DNA of 64,000 bases from Clostridia bacterium. GTDB taxonomy: Bacteria > Bacillota > Clostridia > CAKSNL01 > HGM11501. The DNA is taken from the NCBI GenBank assembly GCA_045545475.1, contig JAZQAZ010000034.1, positions 41,713 through 105,712 on the forward strand. The letters are read 5' to 3'. The notes under the pieces were generated by a model. It ran no database searches. It was not told where the DNA came from and saw only the letters and a list, made by a program, of their open reading frames with translations. Numbering within the stretch: the first letter of the stretch is position 1; the number at the start of each line of letters is the position of its first letter. The position numbers and the translations under genes were made by a program. Below, piece by piece: positions 38,153-48,365 of this stretch.

Positions 38153-39340
38153 ATGAAAATAAATCTTGCGGTGATATTCGGAGGAAAAAGCGTTGAACAT
38201 GAAGTGTCTGTAATATCTGCTGTTCAGGCGATGTACTCTCTGAATAAAGAAAAGTATGAAATCTTTCCTTTGTATATGACAAAGAAAAATGAATTTTACA
38301 CGGGAAAAAGACTCTTTGATATAGAAAATTATAAGGATATCCCGTCTCTTTTGAAAGGTTGCGAAAGAGTGATATTTACTTCAGACGGTGATGAGGCTTA
38401 TATTGAACATTATCCGGCAAAGAAATTCGGAAATAACCGCTTGGCCAGAATTGACGCAGCGTTGCCCATTGTCCACGGCACCAATGTGGAGGACGGAATT
38501 CTTCAAGGTTATCTTGAAACTTTGGGTATTCCCTATGCGGGATGCGATGTTATATCAAGTGCAGTGGGAATGGATAAATATGTAATGAAGGTTATGCTTA
38601 AAGAAGCCGGAGTAAATGTACTTCCCGGTTTTTGCTTTAGCTCAAAGGATTTTTACAGGGATCCTTCTGACATACTTGATAAAATAGAACTTGAAATAGG
38701 TTATCCCGTAATCGTAAAACCCGTAAACTTGGGTTCCAGTGTGGGAATTAAAGTGGCATCCGACAGACAGAGCTTAGAAGCGGCACTTGAAAATGCGGCA
38801 CTTTTCGCAGGAAGGATACTTACGGAAAGAGCGATAACAAATCTCAGGGAGATAAATTGCTCTGTACTTGGCGATTATATGACGGCAAGAGCTTCGGTTT
38901 GCGAGGAGCCGCTGACGGCCGGAGAAATCCTGAGCTATGATGATAAGTATAAAGGCGGGACAAAGGGTTCAAAGGGCATGAGTTCGGCCATGAGAAAAAT
39001 TCCGGCAGACCTTACGGAAGAAGAAAGAAATACAATTGAAGCCATGGCAGTTAAAACTTTCAGGGTTTTGGGATGTGCAGGGGTCGCGAGAATAGACTGC
39101 ATGATTGATAAGGACAGCGGAGAAATTTTTGTAAACGAGATAAATACGATTCCCGGTTCTCTTTCGTTTTATCTCTGGGAGCCTTCGGGAGTTACATATA
39201 CGGAGCTGTTGGATGAGCTTATAGATATAGCATTGAAAAGAAATCGTGAAAAGCAGAAGCTGAGCTTCTCTTATGATACAAATTTACTGTCTTTTAACTC
39301 ACTTTCGGGTTTAAAAGGGGCAAAAGGTACAAAAAAATAA
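38153..39340 (+). CDS. ddl: D-alanine--D-alanine ligase family protein
   Basis: FGGKSVEHEVS, HGTNVEDG, GSSVGI, YDDKY, NEINTIPG. Confidence 0.9.
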   Translation: MKINLAVIFGGKSVEHEVSVISAVQAMYSLNKEKYEIFPLYMTKKNEFYTGKRLFDIENYKDIPSLLKGCERVIFTSDGDEAYIEHYPAKKFGNNRLARIDAALPIVHGTNVEDGILQGYLETLGIPYAGCDVISSAVGMDKYVMKVMLKEAGVNVLPGFCFSSKDFYRDPSDILDKIELEIGYPVIVKPVNLGSSVGIKVASDRQSLEAALENAALFAGRILTERAITNLREINCSVLGDYMTARASVCEEPLTAGEILSYDDKYKGGTKGSKGMSSAMRKIPADLTEEERNTIEAMAVKTFRVLGCAGVARIDCMIDKDSGEIFVNEINTIPGSLSFYLWEPSGVTYTELLDELIDIALKRNREKQKLSFSYDTNLLSFNSLSGLKGAKGTKK

Positions 39341-39347
39341 AAAAAGC

Positions 39348-39376
39348 TTGACAAGAAGATGAGGTTATGCTATAGT
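39348..39376 (+). promoter_or_regulatory. Sigma-A promoter of the rpmG-secE-nusG operon
   Basis: TTGACA-17 bp-(TG)-TATAGT. Confidence 0.75.
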
Positions 39377-39458
39377 AGTATTGCTTCATCTTCGGACGGA
39401 GCTTTTTTAGAGTGCAAAAAACGGGCCGGAAAGGCCGTTATTACAGGAGGTTTTAACA

Positions 39459-39608
39459 ATGAGAGTAAAGATTACATTGGCATGCAGCGAATGCAAGCAG
39501 AGAAATTACGACACAGTAAAGAACAAGAAGAATACTCCCGACAGACTTGAACTTAGCAAATACTGTCCTTTCTGCCGTAAGCATACTATGCATAAAGAGG
39601 CTAAATAA
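39459..39608 (+). CDS. rpmG: 50S ribosomal protein L33 (Zn-ribbon type; not in the ORF track)
   Basis: Translated by hand: [49 protein letters not shown]; AGGAGG RBS. Confidence 0.97.
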   Translation: MRVKITLACSECKQRNYDTVKNKKNTPDRLELSKYCPFCRKHTMHKEAK

Positions 39609-39642
39609 TTTTGTTTAACTGAAGGAAGGAAGTGTACCTAAA

Positions 39643-39846
39643 ATGGCAGAGAAAAAGGGCAACATTTTCAAAAGAATCGTAAGATTTTTTAAGGACGTAA
39701 AATCTGAACTTAAGAGGGTTACCTGGCCTACAAAGAATCAGGCTGTTAAAAATACAGTTGTTGTATTGTTATTTTTAATAGTAATCGGTCTTTTCGTATT
39801 CTTGATTGACTTACTGTTCCAGGGAGTAGCAGGCTTTATCTGGTAA
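39643..39846 (+). CDS. secE: Preprotein translocase subunit SecE
   Basis: FFKDVKSELKRVTWP plus TM; position between rpmG and nusG. Confidence 0.95.
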   Translation: MAEKKGNIFKRIVRFFKDVKSELKRVTWPTKNQAVKNTVVVLLFLIVIGLFVFLIDLLFQGVAGFIW

Positions 39847-39910
39847 ATCCCGTAAAGAGAATCGAAAGGAGGCTTTGTGCGTCGCTTGAGGGCGGCTGCA
39901 CAGATTTGTC

Positions 39911-40438
39911 ATGGCTGATAGTTCTCAGGCTAAATGGTATGTAGCTCATACTTATTCGGGCTACGAAAATAAAGTTAAGGACAATATCGAAAAGTCCATC
40001 GAAAATCTCGGAATGCAGGATTTGATTTTTGAAGTTAAAGTTCCCGTGGAAGAGATTGTAGAAGAAAAGGAAAACGGCGAAAAGAAAATTGTCCAGCATA
40101 AAATTTTCCCGTCTTATGTGTTCATTAAAATGATTATTACCAATGACAGTTGGTATGTTGTCAGAAACATAAGAGGCGTAACAGGTTTCGTAGGCCCCGG
40201 AAGCGATCCCGTTCCGCTTACGGAAGACGAAATCATCCGCATGAATATAGAAAAGAAAGAAGTTAAGGTTGATTTCGCAGAAGGCGACAGCGTAATTATT
40301 ACAGACGGTCCCTTCAGAGATTATGTTTGCACAGTCGATAAAATCGACATGGACAAACAGGTTGTTACCGTACTTGTTCCCATGTTTAACGGCGATACTC
40401 CCGTTGAGCTTGAGTTCGGACAGGTTGACACATTATAA
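39911..40438 (+). CDS. nusG: Transcription termination/antitermination factor NusG
   Basis: WYVAHTYSGYENKV, VRNIRGVTGFVG, KOW domain. Confidence 0.97.
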   Translation: MADSSQAKWYVAHTYSGYENKVKDNIEKSIENLGMQDLIFEVKVPVEEIVEEKENGEKKIVQHKIFPSYVFIKMIITNDSWYVVRNIRGVTGFVGPGSDPVPLTEDEIIRMNIEKKEVKVDFAEGDSVIITDGPFRDYVCTVDKIDMDKQVVTVLVPMFNGDTPVELEFGQVDTL

Positions 40439-40480
40439 GGTAACATTTTAAAGGTGATAAGCCGCATGCGGCTTGTTATA

Positions 40481-40514
40481 GTGGGAGGATGTTAAAGCAT
40501 CCGCTCTTTACCAC
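40481..40514 (+). promoter_or_regulatory. L1-binding mRNA site upstream of rplK
   Basis: gtgGGAG-hairpin-ACCAC architecture before the RBS. Confidence 0.65.
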
Positions 40515-40538
40515 ATTTTTTTAAGGAGGTGCAATTAG

Positions 40539-40964
40539 ATGGCTCAGAAAGTAGTAGGATACATTAAACTTCAGATTCCTGCTGGTAAAGCGACTCCGGC
40601 TCCCCCCGTTGGTCCCGCTCTCGGTCCCTACGGTGTAAGCGCTCCTCAGTTTGCAAAGGAATTCAATGAGAGAACATCAAAAGATGCAGGTCTCATCATT
40701 CCCGTTGTAATTACTGTTTACGCTGACAGAAGCTATTCCTTTATCACAAAGACTCCGCCTGCAGCAGTTCTTTTAAAGAAGGCTTGCGGACTTGAATCAG
40801 GAAGCGGCGTACCTAACAAGACAAAGGTTGCTACTGTAAAGAAAGAAGACGTAAGAAAGATCGCAGAGCAGAAGATGCCTGACCTTAACGCGGCATCAAT
40901 TGAAGCTGCAATGAGCATGGTTGCCGGAACGGCAAGAAGCATGGGCATTGTAGTAGAGGACTAA
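40539..40964 (+). CDS. rplK: 50S ribosomal protein L11
   Basis: [20 protein letters not shown]. Confidence 0.98.
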   Translation: MAQKVVGYIKLQIPAGKATPAPPVGPALGPYGVSAPQFAKEFNERTSKDAGLIIPVVITVYADRSYSFITKTPPAAVLLKKACGLESGSGVPNKTKVATVKKEDVRKIAEQKMPDLNAASIEAAMSMVAGTARSMGIVVED

Positions 40965-40980
40965 TCATTTAATTTAATTT

Positions 40981-41014
40981 TGTGGGAGAAAGCATTGACT
41001 TTCGCATGACCACA
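40981..41014 (+). promoter_or_regulatory. Second L1-binding mRNA site upstream of rplA
   Basis: tgtgGGAG-aaag..ctttc-gcatgACCACa. Confidence 0.65.
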
Positions 41015-41022
41015 GGGAGGTT

Positions 41023-41715
41023 TTGAAATTGGGTAAAAAGTATATAGATAGTGTTAAAACTATCAACTCCGCCGAATTATATGATCCCGCTGCTGCAGTA
41101 GCTCTTGCAAAGAGCACAGCAAAGGCGAAATTCGACGAGACAATTGAGTGCCACATCAGACTTGGTGTTGACTCAAGACATGCAGATCAGCAGGTTAGAG
41201 GTGCAATCGTTCTTCCTCACGGAACAGGTAAGAAGGTTAGAGCTCTTGTTTTCGCTAAGGGCGACAAGGTTCAGGAAGCACTTGATGCAGGTGCTGATTA
41301 CGCAGGCGGCGAAGAACTCGTTGCAAAGATCCAGGGCGAAAACTGGTTCGAGTTTGACGTTGTTATAGCTACTCCCGATATGATGGGTGTAGTAGGACGT
41401 ATCGGTAGGGTCCTCGGTCCTAAGGGACTTATGCCCAACCCCAAGTCCGGAACAGTTACCATGGACGTGGCAAAGGCTGTTGCAGAAGTTAAGGCCGGTA
41501 AAATCGAATACCGTCTTGACAAGACCAACATCATTCACTGCCCCATCGGTAAGGCTTCATTTACTGAAGATCAGCTTAAAGAGAACTTCGACGCTCTCTT
41601 AGGTGCTGTTATTAAGGCTAAGCCCGCTGCAGCTAAAGGTCAGTATATCAAGAGCGTTGCTGTAGCAAGCACAATGGGCCCCGGTGTAAAAATTAATCCT
41701 GCAAAAGTTGGTTAA
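41023..41715 (+). CDS. rplA: 50S ribosomal protein L1
   Basis: [31 protein letters not shown]; TTG start. Confidence 0.98.
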   Translation: MKLGKKYIDSVKTINSAELYDPAAAVALAKSTAKAKFDETIECHIRLGVDSRHADQQVRGAIVLPHGTGKKVRALVFAKGDKVQEALDAGADYAGGEELVAKIQGENWFEFDVVIATPDMMGVVGRIGRVLGPKGLMPNPKSGTVTMDVAKAVAEVKAGKIEYRLDKTNIIHCPIGKASFTEDQLKENFDALLGAVIKAKPAAAKGQYIKSVAVASTMGPGVKINPAKVG

Positions 41716-41724
41716 TTTTTATAC

Positions 41725-41753
41725 TTGACAAAATAAGGATTATATGATATTAT
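41725..41753 (+). promoter_or_regulatory. Sigma-A promoter of rplJL
   Basis: TTGACA-17 bp-(TG)-TATTAT. Confidence 0.7.
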
Positions 41754-41764
41754 AATCAACGCAG

Positions 41765-41872
41765 TTATCCATAGACAGCAGGCATAAAGGTAAGTCCTGC
41801 CGAGGAAGGTGCAAAAATCCATGAGATTTATGCGGCTTTGTCTATGTGACCAAGCCGCTTTTTTGCGGCTAT
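41765..41872 (+). promoter_or_regulatory. L10 leader with attenuator
   Basis: AGACAGCAGG..CCTGCCGAGG motif, then gcggcttt..aagccgc hairpin and T run before rplJ. Confidence 0.8.
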
Positions 41873-41895
41873 AAATTAAGAAGGAGGTGCCACAT

Positions 41896-42483
41896 ATGCC
41901 CAGTACACAGATATTGGAACAGAAGAAGCAGTTGGTAAACGAAATGGTTGAGAAGTTCAAATCAGCTTCCGCCGGCGTTTTCGTTGACTATTGCGGTCTT
42001 ACTGTTGAAGAAGATACAGAACTTCGTAGAAAGTTCCGTGAAGCAGGCGTTGAGTACAAGGTTGTAAAGAATACTCTTACTTCAAGAGCAGCTAAGGAAG
42101 TTGGCTTAGAAGCATTGGATCCTATTCTTAACGGCCCCACAGCTCTCGCTATGAGCGTTGATAATCCCGTTGCTCCTGCAAAGATTATCGCAGAATTCGC
42201 TAAGAAGCACGAAGCACTTGAGGTTAAGGCAGGTTTCATGGATGGTGCAGTTATGTCCATTGATGAAGTAAATGTACTTGCTGCTACACCTACAAGAGAA
42301 GAACTCTTAGCAAAGATGATGGGAAGCATGAAGTCTCCTATTTCCGGCCTCGTAAGATTGCTTAATACAATCGTTGAAGGTGGAGTAGAGATGGTTGATC
42401 TCGCAGCTAATAAGGCTGCAGAAGCTGCTCCCGCAGAAGAAGCTACTGAAGCTCCCGCAGAGGAAGCTCCCGCAGCTGAATAA
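41896..42483 (+). CDS. rplJ: 50S ribosomal protein L10 with Ala/Glu/Pro-rich C-terminal tail
   Basis: [26 protein letters not shown]. Confidence 0.97.
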   Translation: MPSTQILEQKKQLVNEMVEKFKSASAGVFVDYCGLTVEEDTELRRKFREAGVEYKVVKNTLTSRAAKEVGLEALDPILNGPTALAMSVDNPVAPAKIIAEFAKKHEALEVKAGFMDGAVMSIDEVNVLAATPTREELLAKMMGSMKSPISGLVRLLNTIVEGGVEMVDLAANKAAEAAPAEEATEAPAEEAPAAE

Positions 42484-42539
42484 TTCCAGGCAATATTAAA
42501 AAGAAAAAAATAAAATTTTATAAACGGAGGTATATTAAA

Positions 42540-42911
42540 ATGGCAGATTTAAATCAGATCTTAGATTCCATTAAGGAATTAAAGTTATTAGAAGTTGCTG
42601 AACTCGTTAAGATGATGGAAGAGGAGTTCGGTGTTAGCGCAGCAGCTGCAGTAGTAGCAGCAGCTCCCGGTGCAGTAGCAGGTGCAGCTGCAGAAGAAAA
42701 GACAGATTTCGACGTAGTTCTTACAGAAGCAGGTGCAAACAAGCTTGCTGTTGTTAAGCTCGTTAAGGAAATCACAGGTCTTGGTCTTAAGGAAGCTAAG
42801 GACGCTGTTGACAACGCTCCTTCTACCCTTAAGGAAGGCATCGGCAAGGAAGATGCTGAAAAGTATAAGGCTCAGCTTGAAGAAGCTGGTGCAAAGGTTG
42901 AACTTAAGTAA
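42540..42911 (+). CDS. rplL: 50S ribosomal protein L7/L12
   Basis: [28 protein letters not shown]. Confidence 0.98.
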   Translation: MADLNQILDSIKELKLLEVAELVKMMEEEFGVSAAAAVVAAAPGAVAGAAAEEKTDFDVVLTEAGANKLAVVKLVKEITGLGLKEAKDAVDNAPSTLKEGIGKEDAEKYKAQLEEAGAKVELK

Positions 42912-42924
42912 TTTTGTTCATGTG

Positions 42925-42962
42925 AAAATCCGTCTGCATCTGCAGGCGGATTTTTGTTTTTT
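42925..42962 (+). terminator. Terminator after rplL
   Basis: aaaatccgtctgca-tc-tgcaggcggatttt plus T run. Confidence 0.8.
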
Positions 42963-43033
42963 TGGGATAATATGTATTGACAAAATAAGACAATTAAAGT
43001 ATAATGAAACAAAATATATAGGAGGAATGAAAA

Positions 43034-43420
43034 ATGTTTTGTAAAAACTGTGGCGAAAGCATCAATGAAAATCAGGCAATTTGTGTTAAATGTGGCGTTA
43101 AAGTAGGAGATGGTTCTACATTTTGTGCTAACTGCGGGCAGACCGTGAATGGCGATGCAGACGTTTGTATGAACTGTGGCGTCGCTATTAAAAAGGCTGC
43201 GGGCGGAAATCTCAACGGTCAGGATAAGGTTACAATGATTATCGTTTGCTTATTCCTCGGCGGTCTTGGTATACACAACTTTATGATGGGCGAAAGCAAG
43301 AAGGGCGTATTTAAGATAATAATGTCATTTTTGTGTGGCATCGGCGGTATCCTTGCTCTTATTGACCTTGTCAAAATTGCAATGGGTACTTACGTTGTAG
43401 ATCCCACAAAGCTTGTTTGA
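43034..43420 (+). CDS. Zinc-ribbon plus TM2 domain membrane protein
   Basis: Four CxxCG motifs; LFLGGLGIHNFMMG TM2 motif; own TTGACA-17-TATAAT promoter at 42977-43005. Confidence 0.88.
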   Translation: MFCKNCGESINENQAICVKCGVKVGDGSTFCANCGQTVNGDADVCMNCGVAIKKAAGGNLNGQDKVTMIIVCLFLGGLGIHNFMMGESKKGVFKIIMSFLCGIGGILALIDLVKIAMGTYVVDPTKLV

Positions 43421-43692
43421 TTTAGACTCGCTTCAAAAATGTGGATGTAGGAAATGTCGGTAGTGACTTACTGATTCGTATTTACAATGTAAAAAAATGC
43501 AGGCACAACGTGTCTGCGTTTTTTTTGTGTTTTGCAGAGGCGAAATTACGACATGGAGTAAATGAGATTTTGAGATGTTTTGCCTGACAATGCAAATGTT
43601 AAAAATTTCACAAAAATGCAAAAATATATTGAAATGCAGCTTTTCATATGTTATAATTTAGAAAAGATGATTTTTTTATATCGGAGAAACAG

Positions 43693-44991
43693 ATGAAAAT
43701 AATAGTTACAGAGCTTATGAAAAAGTTAATACTGTTTATCCTGCTGCTTGGTTTTTTGTGGTTAGCTCTGGTAGGTGCTTGCACCATCCCCAATGAAAAA
43801 ATCAGAGAAAATATGGAAAAAAGTGCACTTTACTATAAAAATACCGAGGCATTTTCTTATAAAAACGGTGAGAAGCTTAATGCCGTTTCCGACAATTATG
43901 CCGACAGTATACTTCTTAATCTGAGCTATAATATGGGGCGTGGTACATGCTTAAGGGCGAGTCTTGATACTGCATATTATGCTGGAGAAGAAGGGCTTAA
44001 TCTGGCACTTTACCGTACGGTACATGAGGATGTATTGCCTGATACAGCTTATACAAGATACTGGCACGGAACTGCGATGGTTGTACGATTTATGCATCTT
44101 TTTACCGATATTTCCGGGATAAAAACGGCAGGAATAATAAAGGTTATAATTTTTCTTTTTATAAATCTTTTTGTTCTAATAAAAAGGAAAAATTATGTAA
44201 CTGCACTTTCTCTTTCGTTTGCAGCAGTTTTTATCCATATATGGAATGTGGGGCTTTCTCTTGAATATCAGAGTAGTTTTGTTATAGGTTTTCTTATGTG
44301 CATTCTGTTTCTTCAGGCAGAGCGGAAAAAGGAAAAAGCCTTATCATATATAGCACTTGCAGGTGGCGTTTTGGTTGCGTTTTTTGACTTTCTTACAACA
44401 GAAACCGTTGCGATTTTACTTCCGCTTATTCTTGTAACATCCGCAAGGCTGGAAGAAGGAAGGCTTAACGATATTGAAAAATACGGAAAAACTCTTATAA
44501 ACTGCGTCATATCCTATGCATCAGGCTATGCTCTTACATTTATTTCAAAGTGGGTTCTGGTAGGAGTTTTTACCGGAATGAACAGATTTTCAGAGGTTTT
44601 TTCTAAATCGCAGGCACTTTTTGAGAAAAGCGGTGAGACGGCAAACAATATATTTATCCGCATGATAAATGCAGTCGCGGCAAATTTTACAGTACTTTTT
44701 GGAGGGATTTATCGTATAGATTATTTTCTGGTGTTTATATACTTTGTCGTTATTTCTGTGTTGATATTATCTCTTTTATATCTTTTTGGAAAGAAGCGTA
44801 AAATAAATGGCTTGTTTCTTCTTCCTCTCTTAGGTGCAATAGTAATTTTGAGATACATTGCTTTGCCGGGGCATTCCTATATGCATAATTTCTTTACATA
44901 CAGAGCACTTATCTCAACACTTACGGCAATTTTTGCGACAACCGGAATCAGCATAACTTCAAGGCGGGTGAAAAAGAATGGAAAAGCTTGA
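43693..44991 (+). CDS. Polytopic membrane protein, probable GT-C-type glycosyltransferase
   Basis: YTRYWHG, FFDFLT.E and KW motifs; about 10 TM; coupled to a GT2 gene. Confidence 0.55.
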   Translation: MKIIVTELMKKLILFILLLGFLWLALVGACTIPNEKIRENMEKSALYYKNTEAFSYKNGEKLNAVSDNYADSILLNLSYNMGRGTCLRASLDTAYYAGEEGLNLALYRTVHEDVLPDTAYTRYWHGTAMVVRFMHLFTDISGIKTAGIIKVIIFLFINLFVLIKRKNYVTALSLSFAAVFIHIWNVGLSLEYQSSFVIGFLMCILFLQAERKKEKALSYIALAGGVLVAFFDFLTTETVAILLPLILVTSARLEEGRLNDIEKYGKTLINCVISYASGYALTFISKWVLVGVFTGMNRFSEVFSKSQALFEKSGETANNIFIRMINAVAANFTVLFGGIYRIDYFLVFIYFVVISVLILSLLYLFGKKRKINGLFLLPLLGAIVILRYIALPGHSYMHNFFTYRALISTLTAIFATTGISITSRRVKKNGKA

Positions 44992-45658
44992 ATTTACCAT
45001 ACTGATGCCCTGCCTGAACGAGGAAAAGTCCATAGGCTTCTGCATAAACGAAGCGAAAGAATATATAGAGAAAAACAGCCTTTCGGCAGAAATTTTAATT
45101 GCGGATAACAAAAGCAGCGATTCTTCAAGAGAAATTGCTGAAAGTCTTGGAGCACGAGTGGTTATTTGTGAAGATAAGGGCTACGGAAATACGCTTCGCA
45201 AAGGAATAAGAGAAGCAAAAGGAAAATACATAATAATGGGCGATTCCGACGGAAGCTATGATTTTTCCAATCTTTCGCCCTTCTGCGAAAAACTTCGTGA
45301 AGGCTATGACCTTGTAATGGGAAATCGGTTTTCCGGTAAAATAGAAAAAGGGGCAATGCCGTTTTTGCACAAAATCGGAGTTCCTGCTCTTTCTCTTCTC
45401 GGAAGGCTTCGCTACGGCGTCAAAACAGGCGATTTTCATTCAGGGCTTCGGGGCTTTTTGAGAGAAGCTGCCATGAAAATGGAATTTAAGGCTACGGGAA
45501 TGGAATTTGCTACTGAAATAATCGGAAAATTTGCGGAAAAAAACAAAAAAATGTGTGAAGTGCCAATAAATTTACGGTGCGACAAACGGGACGGAAAATC
45601 TCATATAAGAACATTCCGCGACGGATTAAGACACGTTTTTTTGATATTAAATAAGTAA
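44978..45658 (+). CDS. Glycosyltransferase family 2 (polyprenol-phosphate glycosyltransferase-like)
   Basis: MPCLNEE, ADNKSSD, GDSDGSY, MGNRF, DFHSGLR. Confidence 0.92.
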   Translation: MEKLEFTILMPCLNEEKSIGFCINEAKEYIEKNSLSAEILIADNKSSDSSREIAESLGARVVICEDKGYGNTLRKGIREAKGKYIIMGDSDGSYDFSNLSPFCEKLREGYDLVMGNRFSGKIEKGAMPFLHKIGVPALSLLGRLRYGVKTGDFHSGLRGFLREAAMKMEFKATGMEFATEIIGKFAEKNKKMCEVPINLRCDKRDGKSHIRTFRDGLRHVFLILNK

Positions 45659-45681
45659 TCAATTTAAAAGGAGGACAATAT

Positions 45682-47520
45682 ATGAAGAAAAAATTAAAGG
45701 GGCTCATTTCAATCTATCTTGCGGTGATTATGGCTTTATCTATGGCACTTTCAGCCTTTGCGGCAAATCCCGCAATGCTTTATACGGGTGATGAGGCAAT
45801 AGAAGTTAATGATAACAAAGACCACAGCGAGTTTGATGAAATCAATATAAATTTCAGTAAGAAGCTTAATAAACAGATAGATGTGACTGTTCCCGACAAT
45901 CATGAGCATACAGGCTGGAAAATCTGGGGAGCAAATGAATCCGGCGGTCTTAACTTCTACGAAGAACCTGACGAGGTTGATGTTGATTTTACGGTTACCG
46001 AAGATTATTATAATGAAATTGTTGACTTCGGTTATCTTTTGGTTATCGAGCCTGTGTTTACAGAAAAACACGATCATTCTTACATCTATGAAGCAGACGG
46101 TGCGATCCTCACTGAAAGCTATGACTGCGGCTGTACGGGACATACAGAAACTGCTGAAATTGCAGCACCCGACGACCTCGTTTATAACGGAAAAGCGAAA
46201 AAGGCGACGGTTTCCTATTCCGACAACTGGCAGGGCGGGAAGCTTGAAATCACCTATGCTCCTTCCGATATTATAAATTGCGGAAGCATAGAAGCAAGCA
46301 TTGAAAAAGATGGAGAAGTTGCAAGTATAACTTATGAAATTGCGGAAAAGCCCGTTGATGAAGAAATTGACCTTGCAAAGCCTAAGGCGAACAGGACTCC
46401 TGTGACAGAGCTTGAAACAGATGAATACAATGCTACGGTTTCCTGGGAGGCGGACGATGAAAGGTTTGGATACGAAACTGTTTATACGGCAACCATTGAA
46501 ATAACTGCAAAGGCAAACTATACCACAGAGGGGGTAGAATTTACCGTTCCCGGTGCGGATGAAGTTTCGCAGGCGGGAGATACCGTTACAGCGGTATTCC
46601 CCAAGACAGGTAAGAAACATACCGGAAGCAGCGGAGGAGATACAGGGTCCAGAACATACAATGTACAGTTTGAATCAAATGGCGGTAGCTATGTTAAAAT
46701 TCAGAGCGTTGAAGAAGGAAAAAAGCTTATAGAGCCTGAAGAACCCACTAAGGACGGAGCTGAATTTGCAGGCTGGTATAAAGATACTGAACTTGCCGAA
46801 GAATATGATTTTGATGAAAAGGTAACGAAGGGCTTCACTCTCTATGCTGCCTGGACAGAAGATGAGGAAGATGTAACCGGCAAAGATGAAAAGGATAAAA
46901 CCGACGGAAATGGCAAGGAAAGTGCAGACTCAACCGGTGGCGGAGATGACGAATGTGCGAGAAATATTGAATGTCCTATCACTCCTTTCAAGGACGGAAA
47001 TCCGAAGGCCTGGTATCATGACGGTGTTCACTATTGTCTTGATAAAGAGTATATGATAGGTTGCGGGGATGACATGTTTTATCCCAACGCTACACTTACC
47101 CGTGCGATGATTGTTACTATTCTCTGGAGAATAGACGGAGAAACAGAGGCGGAATATGAGCTTGAGTTTGCTGACGTAAGTGAAGATGCGTACTATTATG
47201 TACCAGTTAAGTGGGCAAGTGCTGAGGGGATTGTTGCAGAGAGTGAAAATTTCAGACCCGACGAAGTGATTACAAGAGAAGAGTTTGCCGTGATGCTTTA
47301 CAATTATGCAAAGTATAAGGGTATGGATATGACTGCGGGTGAAAATACCAATATTCTCTCCTACGAAGATTTTGATAAGGTTTCTGAAGAAGCAATTCCC
47401 GCAATGCAGTTTGTGACATCAACAAAAGTTGTAATAGGTAAAACTTCTACTACATTAAATCCCAAGGATACTATTACAAGAGCAGAATTTGCTGAAATGA
47501 TATATAGATTTTTAGGATAA
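45682..47520 (+). CDS. Secreted surface protein with InlB B-repeat and C-terminal SLH domains
   Basis: Signal peptide; FESNGGS..PTKDG.EFAGWY repeat; TLTRAMIVTILWR, ITREEFA and ITRAEFA SLH motifs. Confidence 0.9.
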   Translation: MKKKLKGLISIYLAVIMALSMALSAFAANPAMLYTGDEAIEVNDNKDHSEFDEININFSKKLNKQIDVTVPDNHEHTGWKIWGANESGGLNFYEEPDEVDVDFTVTEDYYNEIVDFGYLLVIEPVFTEKHDHSYIYEADGAILTESYDCGCTGHTETAEIAAPDDLVYNGKAKKATVSYSDNWQGGKLEITYAPSDIINCGSIEASIEKDGEVASITYEIAEKPVDEEIDLAKPKANRTPVTELETDEYNATVSWEADDERFGYETVYTATIEITAKANYTTEGVEFTVPGADEVSQAGDTVTAVFPKTGKKHTGSSGGDTGSRTYNVQFESNGGSYVKIQSVEEGKKLIEPEEPTKDGAEFAGWYKDTELAEEYDFDEKVTKGFTLYAAWTEDEEDVTGKDEKDKTDGNGKESADSTGGGDDECARNIECPITPFKDGNPKAWYHDGVHYCLDKEYMIGCGDDMFYPNATLTRAMIVTILWRIDGETEAEYELEFADVSEDAYYYVPVKWASAEGIVAESENFRPDEVITREEFAVMLYNYAKYKGMDMTAGENTNILSYEDFDKVSEEAIPAMQFVTSTKVVIGKTSTTLNPKDTITRAEFAEMIYRFLG

Positions 47521-47595
47521 ATTTATATTTCTGCGGGAGAGGAATCGGTAATACTTGACATTCTGCGGATACTTATACTATTGATACAGAGTAAT

Positions 47596-47630
47596 AAAAA
47601 AGAGTAACAGCAACGCTGTTACTCTTTTTC
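47596..47630. terminator. Intrinsic terminator
   Basis: aaaaagagtaacagc-aac-gctgttactcttttt. Confidence 0.8.
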
Positions 47631-47731
47631 GTAAAATGAAAAAAGGGCTATGCAATTTGACAAATGGCAATAATATATGGTAAAATTATATAAGGTGGGT
47701 ATTTTGGCTGAAGCAAAAGGAGAGTGGCGGA

Positions 47732-48292
47732 ATGGAGCTTAATATTTTGGGCATATATCTTATCGGTATGTTAATTGTCTTATCTCTTGCAATTATTGCA
47801 GGGGCAGTTTTTATTATCATAAAGGCGATAAAGGCGAAATCCACAGGTAGCAGAATGGTGCTGCTTTCTATATTTCCCGCTCTTGTAATTCAGGCACTTT
47901 CCTGGATTTTCAATATCGGGTGGATGAGATTTGGTCTTACCTTCTCGGGTTATCCCTTCATTCACGCCGTACTTTTTATAATTGCAAGTATTATAGCATC
48001 ACCCTATTGGGATAAGTCAAAGAAAATAAGAGTAATGAATGTTCTGTTTTTTGTTTCCTATATTATGACATATATTTTTCTTCCGGATGTATCCGATGAC
48101 GGAACGTGGTATTTTCTGTTTTTCAGTGTAAGGAGCAACTGGCTTTCGCTTATTGCGGGAGTAATAGCTTCTGTTTCAGCAACAGGGAATTTTGTGCTGT
48201 TCATACTTCAGCTTGTCGGGATAAGAGAACTCAAGTCGGAAGAAAGCAGAAAAGTTCAGTCTATACATACTGAAAACAGCATTGAAGAATGA
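47732..48292 (+). CDS. Hypothetical membrane protein (about 5 TM), apparently inserted at the sdaA start
   Basis: Hydrophobic ORF; gcggaATGGA at 47727-47736 is repeated at 48361-48370. Confidence 0.75.
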   Translation: MELNILGIYLIGMLIVLSLAIIAGAVFIIIKAIKAKSTGSRMVLLSIFPALVIQALSWIFNIGWMRFGLTFSGYPFIHAVLFIIASIIASPYWDKSKKIRVMNVLFFVSYIMTYIFLPDVSDDGTWYFLFFSVRSNWLSLIAGVIASVSATGNFVLFILQLVGIRELKSEESRKVQSIHTENSIEE

Positions 48293-48365
48293 CGGAAAAT
48301 ATCAAATCGAAAGAGGGACAGCAATGAAAGGTACTTTTGAAGAAAGAAATGAAAATATCTGCGGA

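Noticed and set aside
38153-39340. Ddl as a Van-type D-Ala-D-Lac ligase
   Set aside because: Omega-loop YDDKY has Tyr, and no vanH/vanX/vanRS genes are nearby
39359-39550. ORF 39359..39550 from the track
   Set aside because: The real gene is rpmG at 39459..39608 in another frame
43430-43500. Possible gene remnant (NVDVGNVGSDLLIRIY) before a terminator
   Set aside because: Resemblance to a RibD-like C-terminus is too short and unverified
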